A DNA stretch of 64,000 nt. It comes from Lytechinus pictus. Taxonomy: Eukaryota. Where the stretch lies: assembly GCF_037042905.1 (NCBI RefSeq), contig NC_087252.1:2606001-2670000 (forward strand). Reading direction: 5' to 3'. The notes under the pieces are model-generated. The model searched no databases. It had not been told where the DNA came from and saw only the letters and a program-made list of their open reading frames with translations. The stretch's first letter is position 1, and every line of letters begins with the position of its first letter. The position numbers were made by a program, and so were the translations under genes. This document shows positions 24,701-39,700 of this stretch, one piece after another.

Positions 24701-27700
24701 GGACTTTGGGTGATGCGAATCATAAGCAATGTACTGATCGGTGTGCGTGGGCTTCCTGTATACGGTTGTGTACAATCGGCCGCTGGTGTCACGGTGCACC
24801 ATAGTGTCTAGAAAGGCAATGTGCTCGTTGCACTCCATCTTCATGGTGAAACGGATGGATGGCTGCTGCGAATTCATGTGGCTCAAAAGGTCATTGGCGG
24901 TGGATCTATGCGTGATAATAAACGTGTCATCTACGTATCGCTTCCAAAATATAGGGGCGCAGTCGGGCGGGCAAATACTCAGTGCGCGTTCCTCAAAAGC
25001 TTCCATGAACAGGTTAGCGATCACTGCGGAAACAGGGCTGCCCATGGCGGCTCCTTCTTGCTGTTCGTAGAAATTGCCGGCAAACATGAAATACGTAGAT
25101 TGCAAAACAAAACTCAAAAGCTCAGTTACCTGGGCCGGAGATAACTGTGTGCGCTCGGGTAGACTCTCATCACGTTCGAGTCTGCTTAGTGCGACCTTGC
25201 ATGCGGCGTTGATGGGTACATTGGTAAACAATGACACCACATCAAATGAAACCAAGACCTCATGTTCCTGTATGGTTTCGCTGCGCAGGAAATCAACAAA
25301 CGATGCGGAGTTATGGACAGCATGTCCATTGGAACCGACTAAGGGAGCAAGAATATCAGCGAGATACTTAGACGTGTTGTAAGCAAACGAACTCACACAT
25401 GATACAATTGGACGGAGCGGAATGTCAGCTTTATGGATTTTAGGTAGTCCATAGATCCTGGGCGGTTGCTTCTGCGACGGTTTTAGCTTACGGTAGGTAG
25501 AATCATCAATGTCACCATTCTTGTGAAAGCCGCGAAGAATAGTGGAAAGCTTGCGGGAGAGGCGATCGGTCGGGTCCTTCCCGATAGCGCGATAGGTGCC
25601 AGATTCAATTAACTCGGACATCTTGGCGCGGTAGACATCGGTGTCCAGAATAACACTGGCGCGGCCTTTGTCTGCTGGTAAAATCATAATAGACTCGTCT
25701 TCCTTGAGCGATTTCAAGGCTTTGCGCATGCCGGGAGTAATGTTAGGTTTAGGCGGTTCGGCGGAGGAGAGGATAGCATTTATCTCTCTTCTTACGGAGC
25801 CGATGGTCTCGGCATCAAGCGAACGGATGGAGGATTCAACCTTTGCAACAATCTCGGTAGCGGGAACACGCTTCGGGGCTACTGAAAAGTTAAGTCCCTT
25901 GGCGAGCAGCGCACTCTCATCAGAAGTCAGTTTGCGTTTAGACAAATTGACGACCCGAGAGTTAGTATCGGCACATATGGAAACATCCTTACCCTCTGAA
26001 CTAATCTTGCGATACTTATCCTGTTGTCGGGACTTGCACTTCTCAAATTCGTAGCGGTAGATATTGTCGAAAAGCTCGAGAGCACTGTTGTAGTGCTCTT
26101 CGGCGAGCGCGGAACGGACAACGGTAGTACTGGACTCAATCTCGGCGCGGATAGACTTAAGAGTCATGCGGGTGAGGCGGATTCTTTCGCGGAGGAAAAG
26201 GCGGGAAGTCCTCTCGGCGATGATGCGTGCTGACTTGGTGGGTACTGGCGGGCGAACTCTAAGATCTATCGGGATAACGGTGTTCTTGATGCAACGGGTT
26301 AGGAAGGTGAGATGGTTAGAAAATCTCGCGAGTTTCTTCGAGCAGCGTTCGTGTCTTTGGACAAGCCTAAAGGCAGGGCTCAACACACTGATATATATTT
26401 CATATTGATGTGTTGACAATAAAAAAGAGAGTCATTACGTACATGAATAACATGTACAATGCAAAATAACTTGTATCTATTCCTACATCTACATGAACTC
26501 ATAAAATATGGGGTGTAGTGTATGCTGCATAGATATATTAATGTGACATGCTTAGGATAGATATTGTATATGGGGACATGGATGTATGTTTAATGTGTGT
26601 GTTGATATACCCTGTTTTTGGAGGACTCTTGAGGAAAATTTCCTTAAATTTAACCTTTTGATTAAATTCAAGGAGAGTTTCGCGAGAGCAGTCTAATTTC
26701 CTTAAGGAAGAAAGAAGAAATTGGAAAATTACTTAAGAATAGCTTAAAATACATTGGGCATTTTCATTCTTTAAACTGTTTAAATTGTTGAGACAGGATC
26801 AATATTGCCTAAACTAGAAAGAAATGAAATTATTCTCTAAACATGATTAAAGAAACAAGATTCAATTACATCACCTATATTTGGCCTATAGTATAAGCAT
26901 TGCAGTAATGTTTTTTTTTAAACTGAACAAGAAAGTATTGTAGAATTAAAAGATATACATCAAGAATGGGATAGGGCAGTAATCTTATCAGCGGAAATTG
27001 GGCATATAAAAGTACTTTTATTTTGTTTATACTTTGTTTATGTGCCTTTGAAAATTATTATCTATAAATAATGAATTATTCAATTTAATTATTTAATTTC
27101 AAATATATTATATGATGATTAAGCCCATTTCATAAGGATTGAAATAAAAAAAAAAACAGGTTTTTGACTACATGAAAATATTTTATAACGTCTCTGCACG
27201 TGCTGACATTGGGCACATCCTTTACTCACTTATCAAAATAAACCAAAACATAAAAAAAACAATCTTTAAATTTATGCTAAAAAAAAGGAAAAAAATATCA
27301 CAAAACCTTACTTCAGCTGAAAGCAATATGTCCAACACTTACTTTTCTGGGACCTCAAATGGGTGGAGAACTGGTAGCTCTGGGACCGGTTTCTTCTGAT
27401 CATCCTTGAGACTGGACTGGATATCGTCTAGCTCCTCCAGGATCTTCTTAATCTCCTGGATCATAGACACCTTCTTGTCCCTGAGTCGGATCACCCGCCG
27501 ATTGATCTGCATCTTATAGGTGTGGATCTGGAGGAGGGAGACAGAGAGAACGTCTTTTGATTCCATTCTCTTGAGCTTAATTTTCTTACTCAAGGTTTTT
27601 TTCATGAATTGTATATTTAAAGGTATTGTATTATCAGAACAAATTGTGCAGGTGCCGAGTGGTTAAAGGCGTCTGACTAGAAACATGAAAGTCAAGGGTT

Positions 27701-30700
27701 TGATTCCTGGCCAAGGAACTTATGCCAATGAGCAAGGCATTTTATCTACAATGCTCTTTTATCCTACATTCAAATAAATGGAAATGCAGCAATGTTCAAT
27801 CTGCATCTAATGGGTATAGATCTGGACAACAGAGAGTGTGTGGGTGTAAAAGAGAACTAGGATTTGAACCTACGACTCTGAATGAAAGGCAAAGGTCAGT
27901 ACCACTAAAACTCTGAGCTGACACTAGCTCAGAGTTCTATTAGAGTTGCGAAATGATTTATGTTTCGTGTCTTCAAATTTCAAGAAAAATCAATAGGCCT
28001 ACATACCAATTCTTCTAGAGTGAGAAGCTGATTGCGTTTCTTGAGAGCATTCATGCGAAGGTGTTCAGGGACAACATAGTCTTTGGCCGTCTTCAGCTTG
28101 AAGTCGCCCATGTGGTCCTGAGCCTCCTTGATGGCTAAGACATCAGCTGGATCTTCATAGTCTTCAGGAGGCTTGCTCTTATTCAGCTCATTCCACTGCA
28201 AGGAAAGCAAGATTACATTGCTTGAAATATGATTCCAATAAAACATTGATACATGATTTTATTTTAGGCTTATTTCACATTCTTAAAGAAAAAGTTGGAT
28301 GTGAATCTGAATCAAACAAAAATATGTCAAAAGGCAATTCTGATTTATTATTTTTTGCTATATAATTCAGCTAAGAATTTTGTTTCTTGTGAGGCAGTGA
28401 AATTCAAGATAACCAGTTTTTATCAACATTACTACTCAATTATTTCCCAATTTGTCAGGTCAAGGGCAACAACCCTGATGGAGTCATGTAGATTTGTGTT
28501 TGTGAGCTCAACACATAATCAATCCATGGGCAGATACATGTATATCTACAATCTAGCTGGAGTTTGATCATCATGGCTGTTTCAGAAATTTTCGCTTCTA
28601 TCCTTAAGAAGCAATGATGGTTATTTGTAACTCTACCATGTATTTTTCTAGTGCCAATACTGGGCCATTGTGTCATCTTTTGTCATCTATTACAAAAAAA
28701 ATCTGAATATGTGGGAAACCAAACTCCCTCTCCGTGTTTCAAGTACATAGACGGACTCCATTTTCCTTCCCTTTGCTAACCTTGTTGCACTTCCCAGTAT
28801 TTTTCTCCATATTGATTGTTGTATTATATTCTAAGTTTTTTTTTCTGTATAGTAAATTCTATTGCCCTGCATTTTCTCATAGAGAAATATCCTGGGCGTA
28901 TATTGTATTCCTTTAATGTGCAGATTTGCAAATAAAGTGATATATAACAAATATAATGTGAGTTACCAGAAAATACTAATTTACTGTAAAGGGAGTCACA
29001 ACAACAAAATTCATGTACCTGCAATAAACTGTGCAAAAGATAAATGCGTTGATTGCTAATAAACCAGAAAATGGGTTTGCAAACAAATGACGATTGCAGG
29101 TAATTTACATGTATGCTGCTTCCTGTATATATATCATATTGCACATATCAACTTATTGATAATAAGTCTCATAACACCAGGCCTTGGTCAAGAATGATGT
29201 GAACAATTTCAATCTCACCTGCTTAGCTCTGGCCATTCTCTTCTGCTTGACCTTTTCAGCCTTCTGAAGGGCTTTGTTGACCTTCTCACCTAGTCTACCG
29301 GTCAGCACTGTGGCCTTCTTGGTCTGGGTACCAGGAACAGTCCCAGAATCGATTTCAGTTTCACTGACCTTAGCTGAACCTGATAGTAAGATTATGATAA
29401 ATGGTGAATAAGTGAGAAGAATTGGGAGGCAAATTTGGTTGCTGATCTGTTCAAAGTTTGTATCTCAAAATTGAAGAAAAAAAAAACAGATCCATAAAAA
29501 TGCTAGAATAAAAACAAAAAACAAATTTCAGACAATATAACAATGCCACTATTGCTATTTTCCTTAAATACAGTTTTTTTCTGAGCTATCCTGAAAATTT
29601 AAAATTTGAGATGCAAGGTTTCAATAGTCCAGTGAAGTTCAAATATAAATAATAATGATTGTGGGCAATTCCATAGGTTGGTGGACATGAGCTCAATGTG
29701 TCTTTGTACATATAGCCCATCTGAACCGTAACGTGAGTAACCACTTTATCTGCACCCCTTGTAAAAACCATGTGTTCTTTATTTTTTTAATTATATACAA
29801 ATTTGTCTCCCTAATATACTTCTTTGAATTGGATATAATCAACTTTCATAAAAGCCTTGCATGAGGACACTTTTCACTTATGTCCACTTTTCATTTTCTG
29901 CATGTCCAAATCATGTAACATGAGTAACAGACACATTTGAAAGATTTGCCAGGAGCATAATGAAATTTCCCAAGTTTTGTTTTTATACAAAGGATAGTCA
30001 GACTGCGTACTATGTTGTGATAAAGAGATGTTTAGTTCCTATCAATAATAATGGAGTTACAGCTCCAAGTATGAGTCAAGGTGTCTCCAAATGTAACGTG
30101 AGTAACCGTGGAATAGCCCTTGTACAGAATGTCTTATTGCAAACAGAGTTAATGAAATATTTACCGGTAGTCATTTTTTCAAAATAACTACTTTTCCTAA
30201 TAAAACTTAACAGCTGCACATTCAACACATTATCACCCCCACCATTGTCATCATCATCTTCATTGTTGTCATCATCATCATCAATCACCATCATCATCAC
30301 CATTAACCTACCAGGCATCAGCTGATCTCTTGTCGGGTCCCTGGATAGGGTTTTCTCTGAGACCATGGTCGCCTTTCGACTCCACTCCTCTTTCTGCAGA
30401 AGGAAGTCCTTGCTGAGCTCTGCTGTCCGATAGGTAGCGACCTGATGGGAAGACCTGACTGCTACCACCACGATGCGCTCACACTCTAGTTCATCCGTGA
30501 ATCTGTAAGGAGACAAAATGGATCATGAAATACATGCATACATAGAGAGAGAGTTGTGTAATATTGCTGACTGCAAAAAGTAGTAAAATTAACATCAATT
30601 CCTGAACTTTTCATTGAATCTTTAGGTTAACAAGAGAAAATTGATAACAAAGCATACACTGTAGACGATTAAAAAAAAATGGTGAATTTGCAGTGGGTAC

Positions 30701-33700
30701 ACAGGGAACCCCGGGGAAAATTTGCAACTCCAACAAGTAGAATGCACATTTAGTTTAAGTGTTTTCTATGATTTATACTATATATTATATTGTCTTCACA
30801 AACCAATGTGCTCCTTGTTGTTTGTTATTAAGGAAGTTAGTTACACCTCTTCTATGAAGAATTATGATATTGATAGGTTTTCTTAGTTGAGACTGATCAA
30901 ATCAATCATAACTCTTTGTAAGATAGATCCCAGAGTTAGGACTGATCCGATCAACTTAAACTATATGGAAATCCATCAATGTCATAATCTTTTTCTCCAG
31001 GAAATTTGCACAATGTCCTTTGTAAGCAAAGAAGAGCACACTGATTCTTTTTCAAGACATCAACGAATATATATTACATAGCTAGAAAATATTTTGAACA
31101 AACATGCTGGTTAGATGTTGATGTTGCTGGCTTTCCATAGTTGTGACTGATTGGATCAATCATAACTCTTTCTATGACAGAACCTAAATTTCAACCAGGT
31201 GTCAAATCAAACCAGTGTCAATCAACTTTACCTCTTTCTAAGTTTCTCCAGCCCAACGCGATGTTTGTCAGCCTCCCAAGCAAGTTCTTTCCTCACCAGA
31301 TCAATCTTCTCGGCTGTCTGTCTCTCAAGCTCTCGCCTTATACCAGGATCCATCTCAAATTCCTGCAATATAATGATGGAAATATAATACAAATAATGCA
31401 GTTTTCAGTGTAACAGTAGCAATACTGTGCAGTCAAGAATATCTAAAATGTGCTTAAAGCAGGAATTACTTTGCTGATCGTTATTGCATAGCATTGTGAA
31501 CACCCGAGATGCCGGCATACCCACTAACAATATACATCACAAATTAAAACCTGTACATTGTTTATTTTATCAAATGGGTGGGTAGTATGAAACATAATAG
31601 TGAAAACTTAAAACACCTTCAAATTTTCTCATCCTCAGATGATGAAATTCTACATTAAATATTCAATGTTTAATAAGTCAGTCTACTTTGGCACAGTTGC
31701 AAGCCCCAGCAAAGTGCCCCATAATTTATGTGTTGCTATGGTCATTAATACTTATTTCTTTCCAATCAAGTGGAAACCAATGTTCTATCAATTACCTTTC
31801 TCTCTAACTGGAGATGAGAAGGCAGTTCATGATTTCTCTCGAGAAGTTTCTTGAACTGTCTTCGAAGCTTGGCAATCGTCTTTCTTGCTTCAAGCTTCTT
31901 CTCTTCGGCAATCTTCATCCTCTTGTCCTGTTCGGCTTTCTGCTTCTCCAGTTCAATGCTGTAATGCTCCTTGGTTTCAATGTCAAGCACTCTACGCTCC
32001 TCGTCCTCTTTCTATTTGACAACAAAGATGTAATAAGATGTTCGGAATTAAATTGTGGAATATAATTCTTTAAACCACATCAGGCAAATTTTATTACTCC
32101 ACTCTCGTCAGATCAGGGTTCTGATGTCCAAAGACTTGGAATACATTTGAATCAAACTCAAAATACAATCAATACAAACTTCCATTTTCTTAACTTCACA
32201 ATGCCAGATTGATCAAAATGAGTTTAATTTGAAACTATCACAAATCTTTGTACGACAGAGACCAGAAATGAGACTTTACTATGCAGTAATATTCAGTTTG
32301 ATATGGCACTCCCCCGATCAACTCCCAAGCTTATTGCTAGCTAAATTGTATAAATAAAAATAATTATTTTTCTAAATGATGTCAACAAATTTTCATCATT
32401 TTGATGCAGCAATCCTGCAAATAACACCTACACAGTAAAAAGGCAAGCAGATTGTAGTTTCTAACCCAGGTTCTTCGTGTGTCACAATCAGAGGAATAAC
32501 TAGTAATGTAATTTACAAAGATAACTAGCATTCATAAACATTAAACAGTCTTCACCCCTTGATTCATGAAAGGGAGTAAATCATTGAATCTCTTGCAAGG
32601 GAGGTCATCATGAATAATGAATGTAGTTACCCTGGCAGAAGGAATCTTGGCTCTGGCCACCGCCTTTGCCTCCTCAATCTTCTCATCACTCATCATCTCA
32701 AAGATGAAGAGATTACCGTCACCTCCACTGGACACCACAAACTGATCATCAAAACTGGTCCTGATGGTGCTGACGCGACCGTAGTTATTGTCGTGGACGT
32801 TGAGCATCCAGTAAGGGCCAAGTTTGCTCAGATCGGCCTGGGAGGAGGTGAAAGGTTGTTTCTCTGAGTTCTTGGCGGTGTCATCCTGGAGGACTGACTG
32901 GATGCGGATGACACCATCCTCCATACCCATCAGAGCATGTGTGCCTTCAGAACTAGAAGTAGATAGAAGAATGCAAAGTAGTGTCAAAGACTAAGGGGGG
33001 TTGCAAGAAAATATTTGCAATCAATCGCAAATATTTGCAATCAATCGCATATATTCTGTTGCTATTTTTCAAATGATTGATCACTTTTAGCTACAGCAAA
33101 TCAGATTACACTCCTTGTTTCATGGAGCTGATTGGCAATCATTCGCAAATTTGCAATTAATTGCACGGCATATGCTTGATTTCGGGAACGAAAATAGACT
33201 TGCAATTGATCGCAAGTTTCTTGCCCCATTATGGGGCAAGAGTCATTTTTGTTTTTCAAAAGACACAATTTCTATATGTTTCTCTTTGTATATATCATAA
33301 AACAATAAATTTTCATTTCATTTTGTTCCAAGTAATTTTATTCTTTTGAATATTTTGTCATGTATTGTAGTGACTCATTTTTATAAGCAATGCTTCTCCA
33401 GGGTCTCTGGGCTCTTTAGGCATTTTTTTTTACTTTGTAATCATTTATCTTGCTTTGTTTATTCCGTTAACTGTTGAATAAATGAATGAAATCAATATAA
33501 CAATTGAAATGAAAATGTATGAACTAGAATTCATTGCCACAATAGCTTATATCTTCACACTCATGCATGATTTATATTTCATCAAGACAAAACAAGCTGT
33601 GATCGGTTTTAGGAGGCCAGCGATGCTTTGACTTAAATATACAAGTAGAATTGAAATGAAAATATTACCAGTATGGATGTTAAACTCTATCATCCATAAC

Positions 33701-36700
33701 ATACTCATTTACAATCTAGTGGTAAAGAAAGGAAATGGGTGGGATAAATCAAGAAAACGAGATGAAGAGACTGGTCCTTACTTGAAGTTGATGCATGTTA
33801 TAGGGATATCATCACTCCCAGGGACAGGTATAGCTCTCTTAGCTTCATTGATAGCATTCTCTCGGCTGTCTTTGATCAAAGCAGTCTTCTCCTCCTCATT
33901 GTAGAACTTGCATTCATACAGATATCCTGCATCAAAAGCTCCCTAGAAAAAAAAATATATATATATATCAATGCAAGGGAGCAATTTACAACATTTGACT
34001 AGTGTACCATGCCAAGGACAGATAACTTTGACTCAAGTGACATTCATCCACAATACACACAGGAAGCAGTAAGTCTATTGTACACAAAACGGAATAGTGA
34101 TGTGTGCATCCAATTGCACAGTTTCCACACTTTTCTTTACAACAAACCAATCAATGGTTACTGTGAGTTGAAATAACCAGTCCATGAAAATCCCCTGTAA
34201 GGTTGCATCCAAAAATTGATTCACATGAAATTCTGTGATTGTTTTTCTAATTTTCCTGCATCACCGAAAACTGGGTATTTTAGCACTTTTGTTTATACAG
34301 GTTGCAAAATGCAGCTGCGCGTATTGTAACTCTATCTAGCAAGCGCAGCCACATCACTCCTATATTGAAAATTCTTCACTGGTTGCCCCTGAAGGAACGC
34401 ATAGTCTTTAAAATCTTTCTTTTGATTTTTCATATAGTCAATGGAACTTCCTTTGATCATGCAGGGCCAGCCCAGTGGAATTCTCTTCCACAGTTTGAAA
34501 ACCCAGACTTCAGTAACCACCTTCAAGGGCAACCTGAAAACATACCTGTTTAAGAGTGCTTTTTGATAGACATTGACTTATTATTCAGACATGTATTATA
34601 TGTAAATAGTTTTTTGTTGTTCTGCTCTGAAGCACCTTGAGCATCTAATCAAGGTGGAAAGTGCGCTGTACAAATCTCATGTATTATTATGATTATTATT
34701 TTTGTTTATACTCACCATGGAAACCCAGAAAGTATCTGGATCATTTGGAGCATACATTCCAAAGAGAATAGGACTTGGTTCTTCTGGGATGTACAATGGC
34801 TTTGGTTCCTCATCCTCTTTCTCTTCTAAACATAGGAAACAAAAGACATAAAAATATTGTCTCCAATAACTGAATTCAAATACGGGAGGGGGGATTTGTG
34901 TGTATATGTTTTTAGACAGGAACTATTCTACAGTAGTTATGTGTAAGAATAATAAAATTCAAGGTCTATTGAACACTTTGGTAGTAAAGAGTCCATAATA
35001 CAAAGTATAGTATACAAATATTCAATGTTGATGAGTGCGATCGTTCCGAATATTGCATGAGTGTGCAAGTTGAAACAGTCTATTCAACGACGTGAAGCGG
35101 AGTTGAATAGACTGTTTCAACTTGCAACGAATGTAATATTCGGAACGTCGCACGAATACAACATTGAATATTTGTTTTATACAACACTGATAGCTTACAG
35201 TTTAGACTAGATCTAGATAGGCTAGATCTATAGGTCTAGTCTATGACTAACGCGCGTTAGGTCTTATTTTGCTTACAATGTTGTCTTTTGATCGTCGAGT
35301 AGATTTACTCCAGTAATCCCAGGAGAATCAAGTACTTTCAACATAGATCCATAAAGTCATAGATCCATGAAGTCCAATTTGTGAACGAATTCCATAAAAT
35401 CCAGAAGGAAATCCAAAAGGTAAGCAGCGCGTACCCTAGGAATAATTAGCTTAGAAACGTACGTACGCGCACTGTGTTCAGCTTAGCAACGTGTATGCGC
35501 AGTGCTACGTACATCGGTCAGAGATACGAAAACGTGATTATATATGCGCATATACCGCTAATTCACTTAACGTGTACGGGGCATGTTCATGGGTTCAGTG
35601 TGCCCAGGGATCTTGCAGTGCTGGCTCATTTACTTCAGCGTGCAATAGTCGACTATAGCACGGCTAGCATATCTTAGCGTGCTATAGCTGATTCCTCTGA
35701 ATGTCATGTGACATGCTTTCATCCAATCAGCTGTCAAGGATCTATCCATGTGTTGTATAATGTCTTTTAACATACCAATCATACAAAAGTTTATTGGACA
35801 TAATTGTCAAGTTTTCATGGAAACTTGAATATTGCCTTCTGAGATCTTTAGTGCCCCCTCTAAGTTATATTAGACAGCTACCAACAATTTATATCCTGGA
35901 ATTTTCAGGCTATTCCATACATAGGAAGAGGTTTTATATCAAAATTCCATGGCTGAAATAAGTTGAACAGTTCTAAATATTGATTAGTCTGAAAAGTGGC
36001 ATCCCAGTATTTTGATCAGGGAAAATTTATCAAAAAAAACCAAAAAACACAAGTCATGTTATTTTACATCCTCCACATCCCAGCTGTTTTAGGCCACACA
36101 CATTCACAGTGATGTGCACTTTCGATAGATTAACCAACACTTAAAACAGGCTTTAGTAAATGAAAAGAGTTTACAGGATGATTTATCTTTACCTTCTTCT
36201 TCCTCCTCCTCTTCCTCATCTTCAAGTCCTCGTTCCCGGCGGATACGTCGCTGTCTCTCCTTCTCCTTCTGTTTCTCCTCTTCTTCAATTCTCTTCCTTT
36301 CCTCTTCCTCTTCTCTCTATCAATATGAAAGGGTGAAAGTCAATGATGCATTGTATGGCTTACTCCTTCATTTAATAATTTGGGAAAATTCACTGTTTTG
36401 ATACATAATCAGCATTGAATCTTCCTTTACTTATCAACTTGGAAAATAAATCATTTAAAACTTTAACTTCAATTACTTATGTGCACCTGCCTTTACAACA
36501 GACAAATTAACTGAAATTAATAAATTCAGCATTGCTTAATCAATCAGACTTCATTACATATTAACAGAATTGTAGGTCTCAAGAGCTGCTTTGAAAGAAT
36601 TGACAGAAGAATGACTTTAACCTGATAGAGAGTAAGCCGATATCTTGAGATCTACAGAAAATTTGTGTCATAACATAATCAGCCTGGCTCCGATTATTTA

Positions 36701-39700
36701 GGCACACAGAAAATAGGTTCCAGATTGTAGGAGCCACAACCTGAGAAGGCTCCGCACCATGTATATCAGAGGATGGTTACATACCCTGAGTCTTGACTTG
36801 ATGCTGTTGAAGGTGAATGATCTGACCTCAAGACCGGTAATATTGAAGGTCTTAGAGGTGTCGTAGGTACCTGGCTCTGGGGCAGTGACCTCCATCACTT
36901 GACCATTATTACAGAACACCAATAGTGTGTTCTTCTCCTGCAAAAGGTCAAAGATCAAAGGTTATGGATTAAAGGAAAGATTCTACAGATGTTTTAAAGT
37001 GATATTGAAGAATTTGAGGGTGTTCCATATTAATCCTGGCTTAATGACCTCCATCATTGGCCGTTCTTAAAAAACACCAACAGTGTGTTCACCTCCCGAG
37101 GTCAAAGATCACATGTCATGAATTATAAGTGCTGGACTACTGTAATGGATAGACATAGAGGGCATTTTAGTATTCAGTATATGATATTGATGGATTTGTA
37201 GGTGTGGCAGGAGTCTGGCCTAACCTCTGATGGAAAAGAAGCTTTGCTTTGTTTTGTTCCTCATTTCCTATCTTTATGTCTCCTTCTTATAATCATGTCA
37301 AGGATTATGGGCACTAATTAGGTATTGCTACCTTGGTTCAGTTAATTTGTATATTATTGTTTTGTTGATATTTGATTCACTGTTTGTTTTGATATATGAG
37401 AACTAAAACCTAAAAACTATGAAAACTTTTTTATTTAACTCTTAGCTCTTTATGCACCTTGAGCAATCTACAGAGTGGACTTGGTGCTTTACAAATCACA
37501 TTATTATTATTATCATAATTGAACTTGAACTTACTAATTTACAAGGATATCGAGATTGAAAATGATCTTAAAGATGTTAAAGGTGTATACTTACAAAGTT
37601 GCCGGGAGCCCATGTAAGGTGTGCTACTGGTCCAGGGGCCTCAATGTATCCTACAGGGTTGAAGGTATCACTAACAGACATGAAGAACACTGTTCCATCA
37701 GCTCCCTAAGCAGGACAAAATTTAAACATATGAAATAATAGAAAGGTGCATTATCATACAAGAATGAAAATAAGAATATGAATAAAAACATGTTTACATT
37801 AACTTGAGGTGATCTGGCTCAGTGGATAAGTATCCACACCTTGAATCACAAGGCCTTGTTTCAAATCCCACCACAGCACTCCCACCTAGTTGTAAAATGG
37901 ATACCTGGGCAGTATAAAGCCATTTGTAAAGTTATGCACAACTCTAAACAGGGCTGGAAAAGTTCTTAAGTGCCTAGTCAGCTACATATTATTTATCATT
38001 TCACACAAGATAGGATCACCAATTGTGTGTAAAGTCATGCATAACTTAATAACAACAATGAAACGGCTCCCAGGTAGGAAGGATTCCCTGAATGCTAGAG
38101 CACCTGATTATTGTAGCAGTGCTAAAGATTAGAAAGTGATATGAATCACTTACACACATTGTATTAAGTGCTATTCATTTCTCCTGAAGATGGCAAGAAC
38201 TTACTTGTCCAAACTTTGAGTTGGGTGGTCCTTTCAGGACTTAACAAGGGCCACCAAAGAATGAATACATTGTGTATTGTGAAGCCTCCCTACAGATTCA
38301 TTCTTCTCTATGGAAAACTTCAGAAGTTAATACTGCTATACATGTTGCATATTATCGCTTTCATTATTATGACCATCTACAGTATGAAAATGAAGTGCTT
38401 ACCCCAGAAGCAAGCAGTTCTCCCTTATTGTCCAGAGCCATAGCAGTAACTGCCTTGGTGTGAGGCTTGAATGCCTGCTTGAGGATCAGCTGAGCTTGAG
38501 GGGAATGATGGCCCTTCTTGTGATGGTCTTGATGGTCCTGTCTAGCGATGACCAACACTCTGACTACACCATCACTAAATCCGGCCAGGACGGATGCCCC
38601 CTTAGGGTCAATCTGTACATAACGAGAGAATTTTATGGTTTGAGAGTCACAGGATATAGGCACATGCTTGGAACTGATCAGCAAACAGGTATAATTGAAG
38701 TCCCTCTGCTCGACTATGGTAGTTAAAGGCATTGGCTGGCTGTGCAACAGTCGATTTGAAAATTTTTCCAACTAAGATGTGAGCACATGTGTAAGAACCA
38801 GAAAACCCCGAGATCCACCATTATGAAATGAAAAGCTATAACGCAATACATGATTTTATAATTGTGTCGTTGAGTCATTAAAAAACATGTGTGATGAAAT
38901 TTAGATGTTTCTCATATTTTACATATTTAACACTAAATAACGATTTTCTGATGCCATTTTTTTTTCTTGGCTTCATATTTGTAACATATCACAGACAGTT
39001 TATTTGTAAAGTGGGTTCTGGTTGCTCATATTTTTTAAAGTCAAATCAATGTTAGCCAATGCCTTTGAATAATAAACATATACATACTACAATCTACATC
39101 CATGACAAGCCACCATGTCAATGAGAATTTTGAATGGAAGTACAAAATAAATATTTCTTCAGTATTTTTTCTATCAGACTACAACTGTCAGTTCAACTTA
39201 CAATTTGAGGCAACCATAGCAGGGCAGTTGATCCAGCGTTGAAATTGGAGTGGCACAGAGGCATCTTGGACACATTGTCGTACACACGAACGGTTGCTAC
39301 ATGACAGAAATATAAGGATAAAATAATTACATAACTATAAGAATGACCTTGTCCATGACAGTTCATTTTGAGTAACTCAAGAAAATCAAAATGATTTGTG
39401 TGATTTTCAAAGTTAGGACATTTTAAACTTTTGTATTACCTCAGTTAAACAGCTCTATGCATTACTTGATGAATGTACAGCGAGCTGATTTCACTTCTCC
39501 ATTCAGAATTTTACATGGTATTATAATAAACTAAGATTCATTCAACATTTGTCCTCTACGAAATTAAGGCAGTCCTGGGTGATTATAGCAGGGGTGATAT
39601 AATGTTGTGTGATCAGGAAAGCAATGTCTTATTTCATTAATAATGATAATGTGGTACTTAGCACATGATATTCATGATCTCTATGCGCATATATAGAATT

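Larger units (their letters stand above)
23690..26390 (-). mobile_element. Penelope-like retroelement (Penelope/Poseidon-type), slightly 5'-truncated, in CFAP44 intron 23
   Basis: GC-rich island with PLE RT and a C-terminal GIY-YIG endonuclease; the 3' pLTR-like region has CCAAT repeats, TATA and a hammerhead motif. Confidence 0.92.

Noticed and set aside
24329..26408. Several plus-strand ORFs of 70-140 aa
   Set aside because: Antisense shadows of the GC-rich PLE RT ORF, with no recognisable motifs.
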